From Phoronis australis (taxonomy: Eukaryota; Animalia; Phoronida), in assembly GCA_002633005.1 (NCBI GenBank), contig NMRA01000120.1:683940-747939 (forward strand): 64,000 bases of DNA, written 5' to 3'. Below, piece by piece: positions 12,701 through 24,577 of the stretch. The position numbers were made by a program, and so were the translations under genes. Each line of letters opens with the position of its first letter. The first letter of the stretch is position 1. The notes beneath the pieces are model-generated. The model searched no databases, was not told the DNA's origin, and saw nothing but the letters and a program-made list of their open reading frames with translations.

Positions 12701-15700
12701 CTGTGGTGCTTTAAGCAACTGGTGTATAGGATGTGCTTGTATTATGAAGATTACTCACATTTTGCCCCTAGCCTATTGAGGAGACAATGACCATGCCTTT
12801 CCATTTTGCAAAGTATGCCCTCTACTGGCCACTTTATGGTACCAATAAACAACCCTAGAAGGATACCGTATGCGGTGCAATTGTGGGCGCATTTCAACGC
12901 TCCGCGTTGCTCTTGTTGTATGTTACAGTTCAACCAAGCAACGACAAGTTTACGAACGAAATAAAAAGTTTTTCAACGCAACTCATGCTCGCGTTCATCC
13001 ATATGGCTCTAACGATTTTTGCGACCACACTGTTGCTCAAATCAATGGCTGAGATGTCAACGCCCACCGTCATTAACCACGAAGCCGGTGTCAAACCTAA
13101 GCTAATGGTGACGCAGTGTGCCATGGGGTACGCTGTCGTCGACTCTTCCGAAAATGCCTGGCGAACTCGACTCAATTATTCCGAACTTGCATGACGAGGA
13201 GTGGAACGACTCGAAAAGCGTGAAGTCGTCGTTCTCTGCATATTCGTCTGTGTATGTTGTATCATCTAAAACTGTGTTAAAACTTCTAACGCTTAAGCCA
13301 AGAAAGCTGAGCTTGAGGCATGCCTAGCCGCCGCAAAAACTGAGCTCAAATTTAAGATGAGCATCAAAAAATTAGATCTGGAATTGAAGGAACAGAAAAT
13401 TGCTACAGATTTACAAGTTGTTCAGCCTATGAGAAGGGTTAATCTGAAAGTTTATCAGACAGTGTCGTGTCAACCGACTCGGTAAGGAAGCACTTTCTCG
13501 CACACCAGTATCCAATTCTATGCACCAACAAAAGAAGTCGCCCCGTAACACGTCATTTGCCACTGAGGTGGGTTCTAGTCGCGGATCACATGCCAACCAA
13601 CGAACATTTTGTCCCCTATGCAACCAACAGCATGACTTGGAAAAATGCCAGAACATTGTGTTATGGACAAAGTAAATAGAAGACCTTTATGCTCCCACAT
13701 ATAAAATTGTGGGTTCATATTGCCGTCATCTCTGTCTGAGCGTCCGACGTCCGGGTGTTGGGCGTCAGCAGCTGTATGTCATAAACCCCTTACAAGATTT
13801 TGATGAGATTTGGCAGATGTGTTTCTATGAGACTATCCATGGATGACGACGAATTTCGGACGAATCCAACTACCGGTGTGCCCCCAAGTGGCCATTCTAG
13901 TTTTTTCACGTTTACCTCTGTATCTTCAAAAGTTGTCATGAAATTTAATGGGCATTTATTATTTAGGTGACGCTATCCTCTCGTTTTCCTATGGATTTGA
14001 GGTTTTTTGTGCCACCCAGTGGCCATTTTTACTGTTTTCGAATCTGTTTATTATGTTCTTAGTGTGGAGAGGACAACTGACGATAATTTTCCCACGAATT
14101 TGACGAAATTTGGCAAATGTGTTCCTATGAAGCTGACAACGAATGGCGATATTCTGATGACTTCTACTACTGTGGCGACTCCTAGTGGAATTTTTCCGCC
14201 CATAGCTGTATCTCCTAAATCCACTGCAGAATCTTTACCATGTGTCCTATTCATTGCCCAAACCACTCTACGGATGGTTATGAAATTTTACATATGTGTT
14301 CCTGCTGAGAAAAGGATTGCCTACGATGATCTTCATGCAGCTCCAACTACAGTGACTCCTCCCAGTGGAAGATTTTTGTGCCAGTGGCTGTATATCCTAA
14401 ACCCCCTGCAGGGCCTTTGCTACTTTTTCTTTTTTTGTGTCTTGGGAATTTGGCGGAGAAATCTTTCCGTTTTCAGATGGATTTGATATAGTGCATGCCT
14501 CCTAGTCGCCATTTTTATTATATTTGAGTCTGTCTGCGAAACCATTCTTAGGATAATTATGAAATTTGTTGTATTTGTTCTTACTGGTAAGAGGACAGCT
14601 GGCATTTATTTTGTGTGAACTCCTCCACAAAGATTGGGCTACTTATCAACGTTTATTTGGTGAACATGAAAGTGGGCGAGCCAGTGGAGTCCCTATGGAA
14701 CACTTTGAAACTTGCTTGGAATCGGTAAGTCGACAGAGTATTTAAGCGCGCGTAGCTACTGCGGTGCATTAGCTCAGTATCTAGACACATTTGTCAAGGT
14801 GGACAAGATTGGGTTTTTGTTACTGAACTCAGGCCACCGTCAGCGCTGGTGGTTTCCCAATGCAGGAGGAGCTATTGATGGCACTAACAATCCAATAAAG
14901 GATTTAACCACCAATAAGAGGGATTACTGGAGAAAAAAGCTAAAATGCACAAGCTTTTTGAATTGGTAAACTATTATTGATCCAAATTTATGTTGCGCGG
15001 GTGTTTGCACACAGTACGATTGCTAGGAAAGGAAGGACTACACCCTATTTGAAGGGAGAACTGTTAATACTGGTCAGCAGGTTCTTCCTACAGTACTGCT
15101 TGGTGTTCCAGCGTATCCTCTCAAAGACGAAATAATGAAGCCAAAATACTTAATATTACCGACGCTCAAGTGCTAGAATGACTATTAAAAACGCAACTGG
15201 CAGTGGCAGGTTCAACAGAAGGAGGCGTTGGCCAGCTAAAAACTGGATCTACGGATTGCCAATGTTCATAAAGTCAAAATAGTGTGTGCTATTTTGCACA
15301 ATCTGTCAGAGTTGCGAAATGAACAATTTCTGTTGCAGTGGCTAGATAAAGCTCAGTGCTAGAGTACAAAGACCGCAGCCTGTTCAACACTCATGTCAAG
15401 GTGCACGTGCTGTACGTCAGACCCTGCATGCGTAACAACAAGGACATTTTGGGTCATTGACTAAATGCGAAAGATCCAGTGACTTAAAAGGACATTGAAA
15501 ATTATCATAAAATTTGTACCCGACTTGTAGATTACAGATAATTTTGAAAATGTATGCCACATCCTACATCGGAGAATCACTTCCTTTGTTATAAGTTGGA
15601 TCTATGCTCATGCCGGGCAAACTTCCGTGGAGCAGTTATTTCTTATTTATGCCTTACAAGAAAGTCAAATTTCAATGAAATCTTTCAGTTCCTTTGAATT

Positions 15701-18700
15701 CGATTTAGGCAAGTTTTGGCTGCTTAATGCACTTCTCTGAGTACATGCGACATCACACATTGATAAAATGACAACTCGATGCAGTGGAAAATGTGAAATC
15801 GAAAATATATTGAAAAATCGTGTGTGTAAAGGTACAAGAAGAACACACTGATATCAACCATATTATTTAAATCGTCTAAATCGTCATGTGGACTTTAATG
15901 TATCATTGTTAAAAAGGATACTTTACTTACACTACCCAATACATGTTTATACCTTGAGTACTGTAATATGTTCTCACTTTCTTTTAAGACCGTTTACGTT
16001 TCGAACATCTAACTGACTACAAAAAATAAACTCTGACATAGAATGTCTGCCGTAATACCTTAGGTAATAAATAATCGATTTGGACTACCTTAATTCATAA
16101 CTTCAGTGGTAACTATTCTGGGCAGTGCTCAATATAGTAATAATAAGTACCCTTTAAGTAGCCGATCTAATAAGATTATAGGCACTGTACGTAAAAAAAC
16201 ACGTTATACATCAAATTAAAGTCAGATATAACTTGGAAACTAAATCACCACATTCGGGATCTGATAAAATCAGAAGTCCGTTTCATGAAAGTAACTGAAG
16301 ACTTAAGAGAGAAAATTGGTCTTCCGCACCCACTTCACAATTGTTGAATCGAGTAATTCTGAGCGCATCGCATTCTAGAAATAACTCATGGAGATTGTCT
16401 CAGTGTCTCGTTTATTTGTATATTCTCAGAGAATTTGCACTTTTGCTTTTAAAAGTACAATTTGATTATTTTTCAGAAATAGTTATGCAGAGCGTAAGAC
16501 GAAATTTCTGTCAAGTCTTCAGTCACTTTTCATGAAGCGGACCCAGATGTATGAAGTATACATATACTAAACAACAGGTTTGTGTGCCGACAGTCCTGCT
16601 GTTTTTCACCTTCTGAAGACTGACAAGATGGAGTGAATGTACACGAGGTGACTCGAAAATAAGGTGGATGGGCTTGAGCAAAGTGAGGGTGCGTAGCCGC
16701 GTAAGATGATGTTGACGAATGAAAATTCTGACCGCTAGGGTTGTTGAAGGTTTCGTTGCTTGCGGGTCTAGAACTAATCGGTGAACACCTGGAAAACTCA
16801 TTTCGTGGTCGAACTGAAGTTTTTTCATAAGACTGGTAGCCTCTTCATGTCTTTTATTTTCGGTTTCTTCCTCCAATTTTATCCTTTTCGGTTCTAATTC
16901 GCTCTTTAGCTCCATGTGTCACTCAGCTCGAGGGTTTTTCTTTTCTTCGTGTTCGTGGTTTTCTTCACATTTTTTAAGAAATGTACACCTCCAGCACAGT
17001 CAACTGCCAATTCGGTGTCAACACTAGATTAGCAATACGGTCTCTGTCTGAAAAATAACAGAAAGTCAATGTTAAAGTCGTTAAAAATGTTTCCTCCAAA
17101 ATTTCGACGAGAAGAGTTATCCGTACTCCGTATCTGTTTGAGTTAACGTACACGTTCACTAAGTTAGTTCGGCTAGACGCCGCCATGATTTTTTGATCTG
17201 AAGGTTAATTCCTTAACAAATACCCGGGCTTTAAACATGTTATGGTTTGCGAATTTGTAATTGTACTAAATGTGACTTGTAGTTGAAAGCATGAAAGAGA
17301 ATCATGGCCCTTTAACTTATCAGCTGGCTCTTTATGTGTCACTACTGGAGACATCCACAGGGTCCTCGGTTGGTGTACCTTAAATATAATGTAAATTCAA
17401 TATGTCGCACCATGACGAATTATATTTCTTTACTAAAAGAGGTTTTCTTACATGTGTCAAACGGTGGTGATCCACTGTCAATTGGTATGGTAGGGGTGAC
17501 ACTGAGTTTGTCAGGCGCGAAGATGTCAAAAATGGGAAGTCTCTAACCACCCTGTCCTGACGTGTTCAGCTGTAATGGTTCACTTCTTCAGTTCTTTGAC
17601 CATTCTTTGATTATGTTCATCACTGTCTTCACGTATTTCTTGATACCACGTTTCTGCAATTAAATATTCAATGTAAGGACAACATGTGTTGCATTCCTGG
17701 CCGGTCTTACGGGCCACGTTCAAAAACATAAAATCGGGCAAAATTGTCAAAAAGTTGTAGTGTTCAAGATTTTCGATCACAAGGAATCAGGTTAAGAGTA
17801 AGTTTAGGAAACATTAAAGCCAAGTACCCACCCCAACCTGACAACCCTACGCAGAGTTTCCAACACTTTACAATTAAGGAGACTTTGCTAAGACTGTAAT
17901 TGGAAAATAAGGCACATGCCTTACGTACCATCCAAGCTTGGCGCGGTCTAAATCAAACAAATGAAGTTACCATGAACATTCTACATGAACTGAAAAATAC
18001 CAAAGGAAATAACAAAATGCTGATGACAAAAAACATTCTGAACATCCTGTCACCACAGGCTCTGGTTTAGACAAATAACTTGTCCGTGAATGGAGAACCC
18101 ATTAGGGTCTGATGATTGATTAGCTGGTCGGAAAGAAATAAAACTCGCCTGCACCCTGCTGACTATTTACCTCAAAAATTTTCCTGATCTTTACGAACAC
18201 CTGTCCGTCTTTCTTTGTCCCATGCAGCTGGCCTCCCACTATAGTTTCTCTCCAAAGGCCGATGAGCAACTGCGTCTTTTCATCAGACAATTGTACAACA
18301 CTCCTTGATCAGACCCCATTTTTAGAAAATCGAACCAAGTCAACGACAGAGCAGGGAAATTACAAAGCTTTTAGAAATATGGCATGTGCAATGGGATGTG
18401 CGTGTTGTCAATGTTGTGGTTCATACCTAGTAATTATTGGGACAACTGTCACAGCGCCTGGAGCGCTTTCCGCAGTGCGCAAAATTTGGAGGATGGGGGA
18501 TAGGGTTATTTTTTGCTTTCTCGCAATAGATTTTTTCTGCAAATTAGTCCGCTAAAAGAATGACGCATAAACAGGCCTATTGTTGTTAACTCTGACAGTG
18601 CTCTCATTTTGGCACGTATACAAGGGAATTGAGAAGAGGTAAACCATTCAAAATCATTGGTGGATTGAGGTGTGTAGAAGGCGTGCCGTTTTTGGGAGTT

Positions 18701-21700
18701 CTCTTCTATATGGGCCTCCTTCTTTTGACGTCTCAGATGCGCTGTAAAAATTGCCATGAGTGAGCACTTTAAAACCCTAACCGGAACACTACAATGACAA
18801 TCGGTCACTGTTTCAGACCTACCTGTAGATATAGTGACATCTGTGCTTGTACTTATCTTGCTCTGGCTGTTCCCCCATTGTCACGGTTACAACGTAACTT
18901 TGGATGAACAAGACTTGACTATAGACATAGTATAGGCCTTCCGTTGAAATGATTATTCGCCCGTCCCTGTATGTCAAGCCGTTCTTCAATATCGTGTTGC
19001 GGTGTTCGCCGGGTATTAACCATCTTCGAATTTCTTGAGGATCATACTCGCCACCTGCAAGAGGCAAACCGGGCGTGCGTTCAGTAGACACTAGGACCTA
19101 CAGTAGCTAAAACCTAGTCAAAGTCACGTGTTCTCATTTAAAATGCACGGTAATATGTCACGTAATCTCGCGAATTGTTGCTTTTTAGCGAGGTCCTAGC
19201 GTTACTGAACGGGAGGCGGGTCTAGGGCGTGCTTGAAGTATTGAAGGGATATTTCGTACGTCTAACAGCATACACTAATTAACTTGGGCCCGTTTTCTTC
19301 AAGGGCGTCCATACATAGCTACGGCAGTCGTAACTTCCATTTTAATTTGAGAAAGATTCATCAGCGTGGCTCGTGAAGGCGATTGTTACGTTTGAATCAT
19401 GAACAAGGACCCTAGGCCTAGTATTTTTACTCGAAATCGAACTCAAATTTATTTTTGGCATCTTTTGTTCTACTTTTGTGCAAACTCAAGGCAAGTGTCA
19501 ACTATTCTATGCTCAAGTGCACAGTGGCTTACTTGAATACTGGTCTAATCCTATTTTGCAGTAAATGACACCAGCATCAAGTTTAAAAGTTCGAGTCTTA
19601 ACTCGAAATTTCGAGATTTTACTCGAATCTGGGGCTCGTGAAGTGCGCGCTTGGACTAATGACTTGTACGCATAAACAATAATGTTCTCGAGCACAGAAA
19701 AAATAGAAGTGAATTTTGAGTAGAAAGAAGTAAGTCAGAGTAGCAGGTGTCAAGTAATAATTTCGAGCAAAACAATTAGAACCCGGGTCAAGGTTGCTTA
19801 AACGCATGCGCTATACCCTTAATCAGTACACATTGATTTCTAATCCCTTTTTGAGTACCAAAATAATAAACAATTATAACATCTCATGAACTGGTCAATA
19901 TATCACCCGTCCCACAAACGATGTAACAAATGGTTATCTCAATGTGTGTGTTCGAACCTTCTGGGCATATTAATCAACAGACGAGAAGTACCAGACTCAG
20001 ACTACCACCCATGGTTATTTCCAAGGTGGCCGCCGCGAACGTCTTGAGGACACATGCAGTCATCTGATCTCCATCGCAATACACGAATCCTTTCATTGAG
20101 ACAAGCCAATGATAACACTGGTTGTCACCATTCCAATGTCGCTATTCTTCACGTAATTACAGTCAACGCCGATTGTTCAAATCAAATTCAGCCATTTTTC
20201 TTGTTAAAATATCCAGTCTTGGATGATTTTCTTGGTGGAGGCTTTTTCTGTTTGTTCAGGATGTCGCAATGATCTGTGTACCTTCTTCTACATCACAAGC
20301 ACTGTGTATACTTTGCATTCATATCCGTCACTTGCGTTTCTTATCGAATACTCTTCAAATTGGACTCTTGTTCATGAAAGTGAACTGTTCACCCTTCAAA
20401 AGCACGGATTAGAATAAAAATATGTCTGACAAATTTTTAGATTTTAAAGTTGGTTCTTGGACAGGGGATTATACGCCATTAATGCTGCAGAAACATATTT
20501 CGTCAAAGCTTTCCATGTGCCTCGATATTTAGACGTTATAATAAATGATTCCATGGTACTCAAAGATATCGTTTCATTTGTTTTCTGAAATTTTTATAGG
20601 AGTCTGAACACTGAGTCAACAACACATTTAACCTTCCCGCTCTCATACCATGTTAACTAAGCTTTACAGCTGCAACATGAGGCCTTATAAAATAGTGGGC
20701 CCATGAACATAAAGCCTGTCACTCCGCTTATTAGTTTCACATAAACTCCGTGACTAAATCAAGGTCATCTGAAAATGAGAAACTGAGTTAAAGGTGTAAC
20801 AGTTACACACATCACGTTATGAACACACACTCGAAAACTTGGTATCGGTGGGATATCGATAAAAAAATCCTCTAACGAGACGTCACTTCCTAAAAACAAT
20901 GCATGGTTTCATTAAATAGTGTTCGCGGACATTAATGTTGCACAAAGCATTTTTCCAATAATAAACAATGAGAAGAACGGGTGTGAGATTCGTAAGTTAC
21001 ATCGAAATGTTTCGGAAAGTCTGACCTATGTGTTTCTGGTCCCGCACGTGACCTAGGAGGTGCGCCACAGGCGTGTTTTTCCATGTAGTAAAGTTCTTTC
21101 CATCATGTTGGTGTATGATGACGTGTTGGACAGCTCCAAATTCACCTAAAATGACATGGAAATGACATCTGATAAAAAAATGCCAATACGGTTCGATCCC
21201 GGGGTTGACATTAGGTTGGAAGGAGGGAGAGCCAGAAGCCATCGATCGACATTGACATTTACACGGTTTCTGAAAGTGAATATACCCCCAAGCGCAGTTT
21301 TACTCTGCGCCGGGTGCATTTGCGTTTTGACAAGAATGCATACCTTGTGTAGATATACACAGATTAAATATACACCCAGGTGTATACAGCATCACACAAA
21401 TTGGGCTTTAGGTAGAATTTTACCTTAAGTAGTCGTCGTGAAAGTAAAACTTTTACTATGTAACTCTCCTCGTGTCTGTCTTCTGTTTTCAAATCATTAT
21501 TCTGTTCTAGGTTTCGGGCTGTAAATAATTTTTGAGAGCATTGAAACTGTTCAGAATAGTGCAATACAGTTTTATTTGGGAGTTGATGCTTCAACGAGCT
21601 GAATTACTAATCTGTTACGTACGCAAACGTTGAATAGCACGTCATACGTTGTTAGCACGTCATAGATGTATGTTGTTAAAGCAAAATTGAATGTTGTATG

Positions 21701-24366
21701 TTAACACATTTCACAATTGGAAGATGATGGTAAACGAGTTCTTGATGAAATCGATGACAGATTCTACTTTGATCGTGCACCGCCAATACTAAAGATAAAT
21801 TCGATGAACTTTTTACACAGTTTATTGTTGGTAACACTTAACATTGAATGATTCAAGTTTAACTGAAACAGCATTATTTTGATAAAAATTATGTTACTTT
21901 GAACTTGTTTCAGTCCGAACGGTCGTTATTAGCAGGCATACTCACCAGGGACACAAAACACTTGAATACAGGAAAGAAAATGATGTAGTGGTCTAAAATT
22001 TCTTGCAAACGAGATTTATTATTTGTGTTTCTCTTGATGTTATTTACAATTGTTAATTTATACTTCATATAAGAAAAGCGAGGACATAATACTGAGGTGA
22101 ATAACGGTAAAGACATTGATTGGATTTGTTTGAAGATCGTGGGGCGTACATTGCTGATTGTGTATAAAAAGGTCAGTCTGTTGTTCTGTTGAGTAAATAA
22201 TTATTGCATTAATATCGTTGCCTAATCGAGCGTTCGATTGAAAATAAGTAACAATACAATTAACAGAAAAGTGGACGGAGGGGGCATTGTTTGAAATCCG
22301 TGTAGGGTGCATTAGCGATTGCATTGACAGACAGAGGGGAGAGAGAGGGAGAGGGAGAGGGAGAGAGATTAGGTTAATTGACTACGAGTGAATTATATTT
22401 ACCTTTAGCCTTTTCACGTTGCAGCTGTCTTTTCACACCCTGTAAAACACACAGACGCTTTGGGCAGGTGTTTTTGTAAAGATTAAGCTTGCACATACAA
22501 AAACGCACCGCCTTGCGTAGACTACATAACATAAAAGCTAAAAAGAGGGACTTAATTCGACACCGGTCAGAGAAAGTGACAGCACAACTTGAGAGAAACA
22601 CCACGCATTGCCCAAATTGTTTGCTTTTGCCTTTGACTACTGATGAAGAATCAAAATCGGACGACTTGAGTCCGCCCCCTGACTGTGTTTACAAGGGTTC
22701 TTTGTGTGCAACCTTTGATAAATTGCCTTGGTGGTATTAAATTTACATCTTTACAGCATATAAGTACTAAAATTTGGCAGGCGTTCTAAGCCACTCATGT
22801 GATGTCAAATTGTTTAAGCACACGGTTCACTGGCGTGCATGAGGGAATTTTTTTTGCAATGAACAGGGTGGTCAGAATACAAGATTGAAGTGAGCCTCGC
22901 CGGGGAGAGAACATTTTTTAAATGAACAGCGGCCCCCTTTGAGAATGTGCCAGTTCTTTTCAATACGATATTTATTGCGCATCAAGTGTTGAACCCCACA
23001 GATAGCAGTTCTGTGAGAAGAACTTGTTTAACTTTGCTACAGGCTGCTTTACTGGCATTTTCCTTCCCCTTTCGTTTCGCAGTTTCCCGACCTTCCCGCC
23101 TCGTGGCTTGAAACTCAGTGCAACAAACCACCATTAATGATATGTGATAAGTTCATGAAAAGGCTCTTTTGTCCAATTTTCATTCATTTGCAGTGTGTGT
23201 AACTCATTTGAGATAATCAGGTAATGTCAATTTTAGCAAGGCACTCTGCAAACCACTGAGACAGACGGTAACTTAAATTGGTATGTGCATCTCTCGAGAT
23301 CACCACAGCAGGTTTAAGTATCGTGTTTTGATTTTTCCATTCCACCGTCAAGATAATGGCTGCTAAAATTTTTGCAAAAGTGATGTTTCAACCTTAGCCA
23401 CATTTTTCATGTTCTAGGGTTACTCTTACGAGAAACTTTTATAACCAAGACACGCTGGGTATTCTCGTTACAGTTGCAGGGGCACCTTAGCAGGCACATT
23501 TTTCTAGCGATGCCCGACAAGGAGCGTTGCAGGCATTTTCCCGCGTTTATAAACCCCATCCAACTGACACTCATACAGGCTGCATTGATCTCCGTATGAA
23601 ACGGTCGTCAGGTATATCACATACACTGTATTATAAATCCAGGGCATACATATTTGCAGCTATTGACATTGCCTGGGGTTTGTTTTGTCAACCCGGATCT
23701 GAATTTCACAATCTACATTCAGTCTTCGTGACTTATCCTGAATAGACTGTCCTACTTTTTCAGCATTACACATTTTCTTTCATGAGAACCGTTGCTTATT
23801 GCGTCAAATTTGCATAACCTGTATCAGCTAGTCATGCATTGTGTATGGGTCGCTGACATGCATTTATGCATATTTCTTGGAAGTGGAAATCAGTACACTT
23901 ATCGTTGCTGCGGAGACTGCAAAAGAATACATTAATTTGTGATTATCGTTTAATAACAATTCCTTACCGTTGTTATTAGCTCTTTCACTTGCTGTCCATT
24001 GGTTCCATTTACGCAGCAATTCTCTTCCCCTGCTTTACTTACAACTGAATAGTTCTGTAATTGGTATTCTTTCTCAGACTGACTAAACGCAAAAAAGTCG
24101 CACGACACACACAGGCGCACTTCTGGTTTTTCTGGCACCGCTTGATTCGGGTGTCTGGCCTTTTGCAAGGTATCGACAAAAGATTTAACATTTTGGATCT
24201 CTGCGTACATGAGACCGTTAAAAACAACACTTCCAATCATGATCACATACAACAAAGTGTATGTAGAAAAGTGAAAACACCGACCATTTCGAGTCTTGTA
24301 CGCAGACTTCGGAAGCTCGTGCGACTCCAAAAGCTTTTGCTCGTGCACTGTAGAGTGTTGATCCAT
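9507..24366 (-). CDS. TNFSF10-like: Gene A: TNF-superfamily ligand (TRAIL/TNFSF10-like), type II membrane protein, 5 coding exons, 334 aa; join(complement(23968-24366,22403-22439,21026-21145,18823-19054,9507-9723))
   Basis: Manually spliced at GT-AG sites with intron phases 0,1,1,2, giving an open 1005-nt CDS. It has an N-terminal TM helix (YTLLYVIMIGSVVFNGLMY), a Cys-containing stalk and a TNF homology domain (PVAHL, W..L.NGL.Y.DGRI.I...GLYYVYSQV.F, KCWS, SYLGGVF.L..GDELFVKVS, FGLYML). Every exon has a counterpart in gene B. Confidence 0.92.
10930..11450 (-). mobile_element. Possible BEL/Pao-type gag remnant (degenerate Zn-knuckle region)
   Basis: RCLRTRKKQHHKIQICR followed by KLVRNCLCF, resembling the successive Cys/His knuckles of BEL gag; broken frames. 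Confidence 0.3.
12135..12464 (+). mobile_element. HINE/Helentron-like non-autonomous element (5' part, cut by a gap)
   Basis: 5' hairpin ATGCGCCCACAT...ATGTGGACGCAT, then a (GTCC)n microsatellite and a core repeat. Homologous to 13686-14705. Confidence 0.65.
12465..12679. other. Assembly gap (N run)
   Basis: Run of n characters. Confidence 1.
13190..13680 (+). mobile_element. BEL/Pao LTR-retrotransposon gag remnant
   Basis: Ser-rich stretch, then coiled coil AKKAELEACLAAAKTEL...LDLELKEQKI, then the knuckle CPLCNQQHDLEKC (13610-13648, CX2CX3HX4C). Confidence 0.55.
13686..14705 (+). mobile_element. HINE/Helentron-like non-autonomous element (near complete)
   Basis: 5' hairpin (tatgctcccacat...tgtggg), degenerate GTCC repeats, several internal core repeats (gaaatttggca...ccyagtggc) and a 3' inverted subterminal gtgggcg plus hairpin. 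Confidence 0.6.
14706..15360 (+). mobile_element. PIF/Harbinger (HARBI1-like) DDE transposase pseudogene
   Basis: Motifs occur in order across frameshifts: GIGKST, FPNAGGAIDGT, LLGVPAYPL (canonical LGD.AYPL), ARMTIKNA (canonical AR..IE.AFG), CAILHNL. Confidence 0.8.
16523..17186 (-). mobile_element. Possible remnant of the second (Myb/SANT-type) Harbinger ORF, convergent with the transposase
   Basis: Charged coiled-coil tail (ELEPKRIKLEEETENKRHEE..LM) convergent with the HARBI1-like fragment, the usual Harbinger layout. No Myb domain is visible. Confidence 0.3.
18823..19054 (-). CDS. TNFSF10-like: Gene A exon 4, 232 nt (TNF domain, N-terminal strands)
   Basis: ctcttgcag|GTGGCGAG...TACAG|gtaggt; phase 1 to 2. 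Encodes LKNGLTYRDGRIIISTEGLYYVYSQVLF. Confidence 0.95.
19070..19220. mobile_element. Approximately 150-bp MITE with inverted repeats (copy 1)
   Basis: Inverted repeats CGTTCAGTAGACACTAGGACCT / AGGTCCTAGCGTTACTGAACG. Near-identical copy at 36548-36705, partial copy at about 47075-47140. Confidence 0.8.
21026..21145 (-). CDS. TNFSF10-like: Gene A exon 3, 120 nt (EFGAVQH...PVAHLLGHVRDQKHI; start of TNF domain)
   Basis: cattttag|GTGAATTT...CATAG|gtcaga; phase 1 to 1. Contains the PVAHL beta-strand A motif. Confidence 0.92.
22403..22439 (-). CDS. TNFSF10-like: Gene A exon 2, 37-nt microexon (GVKRQLQREKAK-G)
   Basis: ttttacag|GGTGTG...GCTAAAG|gtaaat; phase 0 to 1. Same length as, and homologous to, gene B exon 2. 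Confidence 0.87.
23968..24366 (-). CDS. TNFSF10-like: Gene A exon 1 (cytoplasmic tail, TM helix, CxxC...CC stalk)
   Basis: ORF MDQHSTVHEQK...VKELITT followed by donor ACG|GTAAGG, phase 0. Homologous to gene B exon 1. Confidence 0.9.
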
Positions 24367-24492
24367 TTTCTGGCTGACCTGGCTGCTTATCTACCTCTAG
24401 TGTATTACTACCGACTGCGTCGTTTCTACGTAAGTGTACTATGTATACCAACACAACCGCTTTGATAATGCGCGCACTGGGTCAATTTAAGT

Positions 24493-24577
24493 TTCCGGGA
24501 AAAACCCATAATCATAATGAATTTTTGTGTTTGAAAAATTTGACTTCGGGAAAATATAGTGAAACTGAAACTGAAAC
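24493..24577 (-). promoter_or_regulatory. Gene A proximal promoter: STAT (GAS) site overlapping a kB-like site, plus a tandem ISRE/IRF element
   Basis: TTCCGGGAA (24493-24501) overlaps GGGAAAAACCC (24497-24507); AGTGAAACTGAAACTGAAAC at 24558-24577. All lie about 130-210 nt upstream of the ATG. Confidence 0.6.

Noticed and set aside
12374-12790. ORFs of more than 100 aa
   Set aside because: They are open only because they run through the N gap.
13118-13210. IIPNLHDEEWND resembling a Harbinger transposase N-terminus
   Set aside because: The match is too short and runs directly into the BEL gag-like frame, so it cannot be assigned.
17334-18400. Short ORFs with coding-like composition in gene A intron 4
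   Set aside because: No recognisable motif or consistent frame; probably decayed TE sequence.
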